NCBI GenBank assembly: GCA_041576165.1
Contig: JBFGLM010000006.1
Location: forward strand, 1 to 64,000
Length of the DNA stretch: 64,000 nucleotides
Reading direction: 5' to 3'
From: Acidimicrobiia bacterium
GTDB taxonomy: Bacteria; Actinomycetota; Acidimicrobiia; Spongiisociales; Spongiisociaceae
Within the stretch, counting starts at the first letter, position 1. Each line of letters begins with the position of its first letter. This document shows positions 37,795 to 46,820 of this stretch, piece by piece. A program made the translations under genes and the position numbers. Below the pieces are notes generated by a model. It was not told the DNA's origin and searched no databases. It saw only the letters and a program-made list of their open reading frames with translations.

Positions 37795-38715
37795 ATGTCG
37801 ACGCTCATCATCGACACCGACACCGCATCGGACGATGCGGTTGCGCTGATCATGGCTGTTCGCCATTCTGAAATAGCCGCCGTCACCACCGTCGCCGGCA
37901 ACTGCGGAGTCGAGCAGGCTACCCGCAACGCGCTCTACACCATGGAGCTGTGCGGCGCCGACGTCCCTGTCTATCAAGGATCGGCCCGGCCGTTGCTGCT
38001 CGAACCCCGCTATGCCACCTGGTTTCATGGTCAAGATGGGCTGGGCGATCAGGGCTATCCCGCACCCGCCGGCCAACCCGAGGCCGAACACGGCGTGACC
38101 GCGTTGATCAGGTCGGTCCGGGAGAATCCCGGTTGCGTACTGGTAACGCTCGGCCCCCTCACCAACGTGGCGATGGCGATCCGGCAAGCGCCGGACATCA
38201 TCTCGCAGATCGACCGATGTGTGGTCATGGGCGGGACAGCAAACGTCATCGGCAACGTGACTCCAGCTGCCGAGTTCAACCTGTGGTTCGACCCGCACGC
38301 CGCGGCCATGGTGTTCGACTCCGACCTGCCGATCGAGATGGTCGGCTGGGAGATCTGCCGCGGTGAGGCCGGCCTGAACGTTGAGGAGCAGGCAGCGCTG
38401 CGGGGCCTCGGTACCGACGTGGCGAGCTTCATCCTGGACTGCAATACGACGGCGCAGGCGGCGATTCGCCGCCAATCGGGTGGTTCGACACTGGAGCTGC
38501 CCGATCCGACCGCAATGGCAGTGGCGCTCGAGCCCGACATCGTCGTCCGACACTCCTCGCGCCACCATGTGTCGATCGAGCACCATTCGGAACTGACCCG
38601 CGGGATGTCCGTGGTTGACTCCTTCGACGTGACCGGCAAGTCACCGAACACCACCATCATCCGCTCGATCGACGTCGAGAGGTTCAAGCAGCTGATCTTC
38701 GAATCTGCGGGCTGA
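37795..38715 (+). CDS. Nucleoside hydrolase (IU-NH family)
   Basis: IDTDTASDDA, HGQDGLGD, LGPLTN, MGG and GNVTPAAEFN..DP.AA motifs. Confidence 0.93.
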   Translation: MSTLIIDTDTASDDAVALIMAVRHSEIAAVTTVAGNCGVEQATRNALYTMELCGADVPVYQGSARPLLLEPRYATWFHGQDGLGDQGYPAPAGQPEAEHGVTALIRSVRENPGCVLVTLGPLTNVAMAIRQAPDIISQIDRCVVMGGTANVIGNVTPAAEFNLWFDPHAAAMVFDSDLPIEMVGWEICRGEAGLNVEEQAALRGLGTDVASFILDCNTTAQAAIRRQSGGSTLELPDPTAMAVALEPDIVVRHSSRHHVSIEHHSELTRGMSVVDSFDVTGKSPNTTIIRSIDVERFKQLIFESAG

Positions 38716-38806
38716 TCAGCGCTTTCGCTGCTTGCCAAGTGGGCTGAGCCGCATACGGGCGAGAGGTCTGATGCGTCACCGAGCTAGCGCACGCGGGCGC
38801 GCGCGA

Positions 38807-40099
38807 TCATTCTTTCACCCATATTCGGCCGTCGGCGGCGGGCATTCGGAGTCGGCGAGTGGCGAAGAGGAGGACGATGATGACGGAGATGAACGGCGTG
38901 ATCTGCGGCAGCTGGTTGGGCACCGAGTCGGACACGAGATAGAAGTAGCCGACGATGATCCCGACTCCACCCATCCCAACAGCTTCCAAGTAGCGCTTCC
39001 GCACCAGAGCACGGATCGCGAAGATCAACAGCGCGACCGTTACGAAGAGCAGGAGTGCATGCGGGGCACTCGGATCGCGCAGCCGGAGCGTTTCGGTGAA
39101 CCCGAACAGCAGAGCGCCTGCTGCAGTACCCCCGGGCCGCCAGTTGCCGAAGATCATCGTGGCGAGGCCGATGAAACCCTTCCCACCAGTCTGAGCCTCC
39201 TTATACAGGCCAGAAAGCTGAACTGACAGGAATCCTCCACCGAATCCCGCCAGGAAACCCGAGATGACGACGCCGTAGTACTTGTAGCGATAGACGTTGA
39301 TCCCGAGCGAATCCGCTGCGTCCGGATCCTCGCCGCAGCTGCGCAGCCGCAACCCAAACCGGGTGCGCCACAGCAGGTACGCAGAGAATGGAACCACCAA
39401 GATGGCGAGCAGGGTCAGCCACGACATCTGGAACACGAAACCGCGCACGACTCCGGCCGCCTCGCTCAGCAGGAAGATATCAGCCCGTTCGATCGCACCG
39501 AGGATGTCCGGGCTCTTCCAGTTTCCTATATCGCCACCGGCGAGGAATGGGACGTCGAACGTTCCCACTCCCTGCACGGTCGGCGACTGGGTGATCGAAC
39601 CTCCGTATTCGGGAAATATCAGACCTGACAGATAGCGCGTGATGCCCGGCGCCATCACAAAGATGGCGGTGCCGGCGATGATGTGGTCCACTGCGAACGT
39701 GACCGTGGCCACCGCCATCAACAGGCCCCCAGCTCCCCCAGCGATGGCTGCCATGAGCAACCCGACCCATGGGCTACCGGATACGATCGTTCCGTAGGCT
39801 CCGAACCAGGTGCCAAGCACCAGCATGCCTTCGAGCGCGATGTTGACGACGCCGGACCGCTCCGAGAACATGCCACCCAGGCCGGCCATGAGGATGGGGA
39901 TCGACCAGGCGACGGCGATGCTCCAGGTGCCGGATGATGTGAGGTCGGTTGTCGGGATGCGGGCGAACTGCTCCGTGAGGGCCAGCAGGACGATGCCCGC
40001 CACGAGGTAGACAACCCAGCGAGTGCGGCCGGTCAGACGGTGCCGGACCGTCCGCGCCGCCGGCTCGGGAGCCGGGCGTTCGATGGTCGGTGCCGTCAT
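38807..40099 (-). CDS. Nucleoside/sugar ABC transporter permease
   Basis: SERSGVVNIALEG, GLRLRSCGE.P.AA.SLG and GKGFIGLA.MIFG.W.P motifs. Confidence 0.92.
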   Translation of the reverse strand: MTAPTIERPAPEPAARTVRHRLTGRTRWVVYLVAGIVLLALTEQFARIPTTDLTSSGTWSIAVAWSIPILMAGLGGMFSERSGVVNIALEGMLVLGTWFGAYGTIVSGSPWVGLLMAAIAGGAGGLLMAVATVTFAVDHIIAGTAIFVMAPGITRYLSGLIFPEYGGSITQSPTVQGVGTFDVPFLAGGDIGNWKSPDILGAIERADIFLLSEAAGVVRGFVFQMSWLTLLAILVVPFSAYLLWRTRFGLRLRSCGEDPDAADSLGINVYRYKYYGVVISGFLAGFGGGFLSVQLSGLYKEAQTGGKGFIGLATMIFGNWRPGGTAAGALLFGFTETLRLRDPSAPHALLLFVTVALLIFAIRALVRKRYLEAVGMGGVGIIVGYFYLVSDSVPNQLPQITPFISVIIVLLFATRRLRMPAADGRIWVKE

Positions 40100-41184
40100 G
40101 CCTCGGCCCCCGTCATCGCCGCCGCAGCCTTGGCGGCTTCGATCCGCCGGTATCGCTCGGCGATGGAGTAGGCCACCACCACCGCCAGAATGATCACCCC
40201 TTGAATGATCACAACGATCTCCCGCGGGGCGTCACCCCGGACCTCCAGCACTCCCGAGGCCCGGCCCAGCCAGCCGAACAACAGGGCGCCGACGGCGATA
40301 CCCGCCGCATGGTTGCGGCCCAGCAACGCGACAGCGATGCCGGCGAATCCAAGACCCTGAGTAAAACGCAGGCTGTAGGCGTGGGTGTCGCCGAGCAACT
40401 CCGGCAGGCCCACCAGGCCAGCAACGGCGCCCGACAGCAACATCGCAACGACAATGGTCCGCTTGGGATCGACCCCACTGGCCTCCGCCGCGTCGGGATT
40501 CTGGCCGGTGGCCCGCAAGTCATAGCCCAGGCTGGTCCGGTTGATCAGCAGGTGGTAGCCGACACCCACAACGATCGCCACCAGCACGAACCCCCACAGG
40601 CTGGAGCGGGTGCCTCCAAATACTGTGTCGGAGATGAAATCGAGGGACGGGAAATGGCCCGACGGAGGGATATCGCCGAGCGCAGTGTCGAGGCCAGGGT
40701 CGGGAACGTCCCACACGCCAAGCAAGTAGGAAACGATCCCGCCGACCGCGATCGCATTGAACATGATGGTCGAGATGACCTCATGCACGTTGCGAGTGAC
40801 CTTCAACACGCCGGCCAATCCCGCCCACATGCCACCGACCGCCATCGCCGTCAGGATGATCAAGCCGACGTGCAGCACCGCAGGTAGGGACATGACCGCA
40901 CCGACCTGGGCGGCGATGAATGCGCCCAGAATGTACTGGCCCTCGACGCCGATGTTGAACAGGCTCATCCTGAACCCGATGGCGACCGCCACACCGGACA
41001 GGTACAGCGGCGTCGACCAGTTGATCGTCTCTACGAGGGTATTCGGCCGAAAACCGAACTCGACGAGGTTCGCGAACGCAGTGAATGGGTTCGTTCCCGA
41101 GATGAGGAGCACGATCGAGGAGACGATGAATGACAGGACGACGGCTGCGATGGGAGGTGCGAGCGTCAACAGACGAGGATTCAC
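40096..41184 (-). CDS. Nucleoside/sugar ABC transporter permease
   Basis: LFNIGVEGQ, HEVISTIM.N and G.GFAGIAVALLGRN motifs; GTG start overlaps the upstream stop. Confidence 0.92.
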   Translation of the reverse strand: MNPRLLTLAPPIAAVVLSFIVSSIVLLISGTNPFTAFANLVEFGFRPNTLVETINWSTPLYLSGVAVAIGFRMSLFNIGVEGQYILGAFIAAQVGAVMSLPAVLHVGLIILTAMAVGGMWAGLAGVLKVTRNVHEVISTIMFNAIAVGGIVSYLLGVWDVPDPGLDTALGDIPPSGHFPSLDFISDTVFGGTRSSLWGFVLVAIVVGVGYHLLINRTSLGYDLRATGQNPDAAEASGVDPKRTIVVAMLLSGAVAGLVGLPELLGDTHAYSLRFTQGLGFAGIAVALLGRNHAAGIAVGALLFGWLGRASGVLEVRGDAPREIVVIIQGVIILAVVVAYSIAERYRRIEAAKAAAAMTGAEA

Positions 41185-42704
41185 GATGCCGCCTCCCTGG
41201 CGCCGGTCATATAGCTCCCCAGATCGCGGGGGGTGACGGTCGCCGGATCGAGGTCGGCCACCAACCGTCCCCGCAACATGACGTGGATGCGGTCGGACAG
41301 GCCGATCAGCTCCTCGAGATCGGCCGAGATGAGCAGGATTCCCATGCCCGACGCTCGAGCCGAGCGCAGCTCCTCCCATACGGCGGCTTGAGCTCCGACG
41401 TCGATACCCCGCGTGGGGTGTGCGGCAATCAGGAGGCTGATGTCGGAGGCAAGTTCCCTCCCCACGATGAGTTTTTGCTGGTTCCCGCCCGAGAGGGCGT
41501 GCGCCATCACGTCCACATTCGGCGTTCTGACGTCGAACCGTTCCACCACGTGCCGGGCGTGCTCCCGGGCCGCATCGGGATCGATCCAGAAGCCTGATTT
41601 CACGAACGGGGCCTGCTGCTGGCGCCCGAGCATGTCGTTCTCCCACAGCGGCGCGTTCAGAATCAGACCCCGTCGGTGGCGGTCTTCCGGAATGTACCCG
41701 ACGCCGGCCTCCCGCATCTTGCGAACCGGCCAGCTCGTCACGTCTTTGCCGTTGAGATGAACCGTGCCTGCATCCGCCTTGCGAATCCCGAGTATTGCCT
41801 CCACCAATTCGCTCTGTCCGTTGCCTTCCACGCCCGCGATCCCGACGATCTCTCCCTTGTGGACGGTCAAATCCACGTCTTGGATGGGGACGTCGGTGGC
41901 CGTACCCGCGACCGAGAGATCGCGGATCTCCATCACTGTCTCGTCCTGTACCGTCGATTCGCGGGTTTCGGGGGTCGGCAGCTCGGAGCCGACCATCAGC
42001 TCGGCGAGGTCCCGGGCGGTCACGTCTTCGGGCTTCACCGTGGCAACGTTCCGGCCCTGCCGGAGAACGGTGATCGTGTCCGCGATCTCGAGAACCTCCT
42101 CGAGTTTGTGGTCGATGAAGATGATCGTATGGCCTTCGGCCTTCAACTCCCGCAGATTGCGGAACAGCTCCTCGACTTCTTGGGGCACGAGCACTGCGGT
42201 CGGCTCGTCGAGGATGAGAATCTTCGCGCCGCGGAACAAGACTTTGATGATCTCGACGCGCTGACGTTCCCCAACGCCGAGCGTTTCGACGAGTTCGTCT
42301 GGTTCGACCTCGAGACCGTATGACCGGCTGACCTCGGCAATGTGTTCGTGCGCTTCGTCGAAGTCGAGGCGGCCGCCGTTGAGGGTTGGTTCGGCCCCGA
42401 GGATGACGTTCTCGAGCACCGTGAAGTTGTCGGCCAGCATGAAGTGCTGGTGCACCATCCCGATCCCGGCTGCAATCGCGTCCGTAGGCGAGTGGAATTC
42501 GACATGCTGCCCGTTGACATACATCTCGCCTTCGTCCGGCCGGAGCATGCCGTAGAGGATCTTCATGAGGGTGGACTTGCCGGCGCCGTTTTCACCGGCG
42601 ATAGCATGGATCTCGCCTGACTCGACCCGCAGGTTCACGTCGTCGTTGGCTACCACGCCCGGAAACCGTTTCGTGATCCCTTCGAGCAACACAGCGGGCT
42701 CGAT
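41181..42704 (-). CDS. Nucleoside ABC transporter ATP-binding protein (two NBDs); start uncertain, candidate ATC
   Basis: KRFPGVVAND, GENGAGKSTL, VHQHFML, LSGGNQQK and PTRGIDVGA motifs. Confidence 0.93.
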   Translation of the reverse strand: MEPAVLLEGITKRFPGVVANDDVNLRVESGEIHAIAGENGAGKSTLMKILYGMLRPDEGEMYVNGQHVEFHSPTDAIAAGIGMVHQHFMLADNFTVLENVILGAEPTLNGGRLDFDEAHEHIAEVSRSYGLEVEPDELVETLGVGERQRVEIIKVLFRGAKILILDEPTAVLVPQEVEELFRNLRELKAEGHTIIFIDHKLEEVLEIADTITVLRQGRNVATVKPEDVTARDLAELMVGSELPTPETRESTVQDETVMEIRDLSVAGTATDVPIQDVDLTVHKGEIVGIAGVEGNGQSELVEAILGIRKADAGTVHLNGKDVTSWPVRKMREAGVGYIPEDRHRRGLILNAPLWENDMLGRQQQAPFVKSGFWIDPDAAREHARHVVERFDVRTPNVDVMAHALSGGNQQKLIVGRELASDISLLIAAHPTRGIDVGAQAAVWEELRSARASGMGILLISADLEELIGLSDRIHVMLRGRLVADLDPATVTPRDLGSYMTGAREAAS

Positions 42705-42751
42705 GATGTCCTCCTTCAGTCCCGCAAGCCAACGGCCCGGCACCAAAATAA

Positions 42752-42781
42752 CGTGGGACCGGACATTAGCCCGGTCCCACG
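42752..42781. terminator. Intercistronic stem-loop after the BMP gene
   Basis: CGTGGGACCGG-acattagc-CCGGTCCCACG. Confidence 0.7.
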
Positions 42782-42803
42782 AGATCTCGCTGGTTCTGCT
42801 GGA

Positions 42804-43835
42804 CTATGCGGGTGACGTCGGTACGACGATGTCGCCGTCGATGATCTGCTGCTTGAACTCGTCGAGCTGATCCGCGATATCGTCGACGAAGCCACCGCTG
42901 GTCGAGTAACCCACGCCGTCGACGGAGAGGTCGAACACGACCGGACCCGGGGAGAACTCGTCGTTGGCTTGCGCTTCGATCGTCTCGAACACGGCAACGT
43001 CAACTCGCTTCAGCATCGACGTGAGGATGTACTCCTGGACGTCCTCACCTGCGGTCAGGTACTGATCAGAGTCGACCCCGATGGCCCATACCTTGGTGTT
43101 GTTCGCTTCGGAGTATTCCTTGGCAGCCTGGAACAGGCCGGCGCCGGTGCCGCCCGCCGCGTGGTAGACGATGTCCGCACCCTGCTCGAACATGGACTGA
43201 GCGATGACCCGTCCAGATGCCGGATCATTGAACCCGTCGAAGTTGGGCGGTTCTGTCACATACTGGGAGATGATCTCTATGTCAGGGTTCACGGCCTCGA
43301 CCCCGGCGATGAAACCAGCCTCGAACTTCTGAATGAGTTCGATGTTGACTCCACCGATGAATCCAACCTTGTCCGTCTGCGTCTTGAGCGCGGCAGCAGC
43401 TCCAACCAGGAACGATCCTTGCTCCTCGGCGAACACGAGGCCGGCGACGTTGGGCAGGTCGACCGAAGCGTCGTCCACGATGGCGAAGTTGACATCGGGG
43501 TTCGCAGTCGCCGCATTCGTCATCGGCTCGGCGAACAGGAACCCGACCCCGAACACGAGGTCGTTGCCCTCGGCCTGCAGGTTCAACAACTCCTCGCGGT
43601 TCGAACCGGTCTCATCCGCCGATGCTTCTGACGCACTGACACCCAGCTCGTCCGTAGCCCGATCGAGCCCAGCTGCGGCCGAGTCATTGAACGACTGGTC
43701 CCCACGGCCGCCGATGTCGTACACGAGCCCGATCGGGACGCCGTCGCCGCCGCCCGAATCGTCGCCGCACGCAGCTGCGACCAGCGCCAATACCGCGATG
43801 AGGAGCAGCCACCGTGTTTTCCTCACTACATTCAT
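42804..43835 (-). CDS. BMP family nucleoside-binding lipoprotein
   Basis: Lipobox VAAAC; GGRGDQSFN, FAEEQGSFLVG, AAGGTG, IGVDSDQ and LTSMLKRVD motifs; GGAGG SD. Confidence 0.95.
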   Translation of the reverse strand: MNVVRKTRWLLLIAVLALVAAACGDDSGGGDGVPIGLVYDIGGRGDQSFNDSAAAGLDRATDELGVSASEASADETGSNREELLNLQAEGNDLVFGVGFLFAEPMTNAATANPDVNFAIVDDASVDLPNVAGLVFAEEQGSFLVGAAAALKTQTDKVGFIGGVNIELIQKFEAGFIAGVEAVNPDIEIISQYVTEPPNFDGFNDPASGRVIAQSMFEQGADIVYHAAGGTGAGLFQAAKEYSEANNTKVWAIGVDSDQYLTAGEDVQEYILTSMLKRVDVAVFETIEAQANDEFSPGPVVFDLSVDGVGYSTSGGFVDDIADQLDEFKQQIIDGDIVVPTSPA

Positions 43836-43940
43836 CCGTTCTTCCTCCTATGTCGGGTACGCCCCAGGGGAAGTCGCGTACCGTGCGGTACTTTAACCCC
43901 AGAATGCTGGGGCGGCCTCGTTTGGGACTCGCGCCGCTGG

Positions 43941-45017
43941 TCAAACCGTCGCCCGTTCCAGCGCATTCACGAGGTCGGCGATCAGATCATCGCCGGCTTC
44001 GAGACCCACCGACAACCGGATCAGTCCTTCCGGTGCAGCCGGATCGACGGTCCGCCGATGCTCCGCCAGCGATTCGACTCCACCCAATGATGTTGCCGCC
44101 GCGAAGAGTCGCAAATGCTGCATCAGCCGGGAGGCCGCGTCATACGAGTCCAGCTCCAACGACAGGATGCCCCCGCCGAGATTCATCTGGCGGCGAGCGA
44201 CATCCACGCCCGGCTGGCCGGGCAGAAACGGATACCACACCTGGAGCCCGCGCCCGGCAAGCTCCTCGGCGATCCGGGTGGCGGACTCGGAAGCGCGGGC
44301 GACCCGGAGCGCCAGGGTGCGGACCCCGCGCAGGGTGAGCCATGTCTCGAGGCTTCCCGGAATCGAACCGCCCCGGCTGCGATGGCCCCGCAAGTCGTCT
44401 GCCAACGCCGAATCCGTAGTGACTAGCACGCCACCGATAGCGTCGGAGTGGCCGCCGATCGCCTTGGTGGTGGAGTGCATGACCGCGTCCGCGCCCAGTC
44501 GGAGTGGCTGTTGGATGATGGGGGTGGCGAAAGTGCCGTCGACCACGAGCTTGCCGCCCGCCCCGTGTACCTGTTCGGCAGCAGCAGCGATGTCGGTGAC
44601 CAGACACTTGGGGTTGGAGGGGGTCTCGACCCACAGCAGGTCACCCGCGCCGACTGATTCGTGACTGCCCAGCTCCAGCCGGCCGGCGGCCGCCTCGGCC
44701 TCGGCCCAGGCCCGGGTACCGTGATACACCTCGGACGGCAGCAACAGACGGCGAGGTGCGATGACCTGGACCACCGCCGCGATGGCCGCCATGCCTGACC
44801 CGAACGTGACTGCCTCGCCCCCATCGAGCGCACCGAGCACGGCCTCGAGCCGGCGCCTGGTCGTGACCTCGGGGTCGCGGATGTAGACCGGCCCCTCCCC
44901 CGCCGAGCGGTCGAAGGTGGTGCTCACGTGGAGTGGCGGAGCCACGTCCGCCACCTGCTCGATGCCTTTGTCGGCATGAAGGGCGAGGGTGGCTGGATCC
45001 AACGGGCCGTCAGGCAT
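43941..45017 (-). CDS. PLP-dependent trans-sulfuration enzyme (cystathionine gamma-synthase/lyase family)
   Basis: SGMAA, ETPSNP, VDGTFATP, HSTTKAIGGHSD (PLP Lys), SLGGVESL and RLSVGLE motifs. Confidence 0.92.
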   Translation of the reverse strand: MPDGPLDPATLALHADKGIEQVADVAPPLHVSTTFDRSAGEGPVYIRDPEVTTRRRLEAVLGALDGGEAVTFGSGMAAIAAVVQVIAPRRLLLPSEVYHGTRAWAEAEAAAGRLELGSHESVGAGDLLWVETPSNPKCLVTDIAAAAEQVHGAGGKLVVDGTFATPIIQQPLRLGADAVMHSTTKAIGGHSDAIGGVLVTTDSALADDLRGHRSRGGSIPGSLETWLTLRGVRTLALRVARASESATRIAEELAGRGLQVWYPFLPGQPGVDVARRQMNLGGGILSLELDSYDAASRLMQHLRLFAAATSLGGVESLAEHRRTVDPAAPEGLIRLSVGLEAGDDLIADLVNALERATV

Positions 45018-45137
45018 GGCCGCAGACGATAACGCCGTCCGCGATCCGACGTGCCGCGCCACCGGAAGTCCGGTGCCAGGCCGGAACCGGCGGGGCGGAC
45101 ACGCCGGACCAAGGACGGCGTCTCGAGCGGAGCGGAT

Positions 45138-46820
45138 CTACGTCACACGACCGCCGGTGAGCGAGTCGGTGAGGGTCCGAAATTCTGACCAGCGGCCGTG
45201 GGCCAGCAGGTGGGCTTGCATCGGCCAGGTTCCGGGGTCGTGGATGCGGAAACGAGGACCGGCCTCGTCCAGGATCCGTTGCAGACGCTCGCTGCTCGAT
45301 CGAGACAGCTCCATCCAGGTGGTGATCCCGGCGGCGTGGCACAGGCGCTCGATCTGCGGGCCGATTCCCTCCACCAGCGTCAGCTCGTCCAGCTTCACCC
45401 GGTGACCGAGGACCTGTTTTGCCTCGCCCAGGTCGGGTTGCGGCTGGTCCGCCGGCGACCTGGTGTCCGGGTAGCGTCCGCCGTCGAGATGATCGGCCAA
45501 CCGGAGGAATTCCTCCCACCTGCCGTTGGCGAGCAGCCCGGCCTGTATGGGCCAGGTCTCCGGATCGTGCATCCGGAATCGGCGACCGGCGTCTTCGAGG
45601 ATTCCACGCAGGGTGGCGGTGTCGGTCGCCGCCAGGCCCCGCCACGTGTCGATGCCGTTGGTCGAGAGCAGACGGGCTATCGCCGGCCCGACACCCTCCA
45701 CGAGGGTCAGGTCTTCTGCCTGGACCCGGCGCCCCAGCACGGATGCTGCCGATGAAGTATCGGGATCCGGCGTCTTCAACGCGGCTATCTCATCGCGGAG
45801 GTCGATGACCTCTACCTCGAGAGGCTCCAGCACATTGATCCGAGTCCGGAGGCTGCTCAGCTCGGCATCGGTCGTCTCCAGCTCGTTGACCCGAGCCAGC
45901 AGCTCGGGGATCCGGGCGTTGTCGGATCGAAGTGATGCAACCTCTCGGTTCAGCTCGGTCAGCTCGGCGATACGGCCTTCCAAGTCCCCGATTTGGCGGC
46001 TGAGCGCCTCGACGTCATCCGCACCGGATTCCGGGGCTTGCTCCACGCGAGCGGTGAGCTCGGCGTTGAGAGCCTCCAGCTCACCGACACGAGCCCGCAG
46101 CTTGCCGGCTTCGGCGGTTGACCGGTCCAGCCCCGCTACCCGGCTTCGCAGCTCAGCCAGCTCAGCGGTATCTGCCTCCAGCTCCGCCGCTCTGGCCCGG
46201 AGCCTTTCCAGCTCGCCGGCGGCAGCGTCCAGCGCTCCATATTTGTTTGTGAACCCGGCAACGGTATCCACCTTGGCTTCCAGCTCACCGATCGTGCCGC
46301 GCAGTCTCCCCAACTCAGCATTCGCGTCCTCCAGCTCTCCAATCCGCGACCGCAGAGCGGCCAGCTCCGCGTTCTCCGTCTCTAGCTCACCTATCCGCAC
46401 CCGCAAGCCCGCTAGCTCGGCGTTGTCCATCTCCAACTCAGAAATGCGAGCCCGCCAGCCCGCCAGCTCCGCGTTCTCGGACTCAAGCTCGGTGATGCGG
46501 GCGGCCATTGCCGGGACCTCACTCTCGAGCGGTTCGAGTTCACAGATCCGTGAGGTCAAGCCCGTGTGCTCGGCTTCGGCGGCGGCGAGGCGGTCGCTGA
46601 GCGTGGCCGCTTCCCCACGGGCGGCTTCGGCTCGAGCGGCATGCTCATCAGCAGTGGCCAGATTCGCTTCCGCCAGCGTGCGCAAGCCGGACAGCTCCTC
46701 CAGCTGTCGGTTGCGGCGGCTGATCCACCATGAGCACCACCAGTAGGCGAGGCCCACCAGAAAGCCAACGATCAGCGCTCCGATCACCCACGGCAGTATC
46801 TGTGTGAAGACGTAACCCAT
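45138..46820 (-). CDS. Membrane-anchored long coiled-coil protein with two C-terminal HhH-like (DUF4332-like) domains
   Basis: N-terminal TM; 17-aa repeats; duplicated L..VEGIGP.I...L...GI.TW..L...HDP.TWP.QA domain. Confidence 0.8.
   Translation of the reverse strand: MGYVFTQILPWVIGALIVGFLVGLAYWWCSWWISRRNRQLEELSGLRTLAEANLATADEHAARAEAARGEAATLSDRLAAAEAEHTGLTSRICELEPLESEVPAMAARITELESENAELAGWRARISELEMDNAELAGLRVRIGELETENAELAALRSRIGELEDANAELGRLRGTIGELEAKVDTVAGFTNKYGALDAAAGELERLRARAAELEADTAELAELRSRVAGLDRSTAEAGKLRARVGELEALNAELTARVEQAPESGADDVEALSRQIGDLEGRIAELTELNREVASLRSDNARIPELLARVNELETTDAELSSLRTRINVLEPLEVEVIDLRDEIAALKTPDPDTSSAASVLGRRVQAEDLTLVEGVGPAIARLLSTNGIDTWRGLAATDTATLRGILEDAGRRFRMHDPETWPIQAGLLANGRWEEFLRLADHLDGGRYPDTRSPADQPQPDLGEAKQVLGHRVKLDELTLVEGIGPQIERLCHAAGITTWMELSRSSSERLQRILDEAGPRFRIHDPGTWPMQAHLLAHGRWSEFRTLTDSLTGGRVT

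Noticed and set aside
43836-43940. Purine riboswitch upstream of the BMP nucleoside operon
   Set aside because: No aptamer consensus; only short GC-rich palindromes such as GTACCG-TG-CGGTAC
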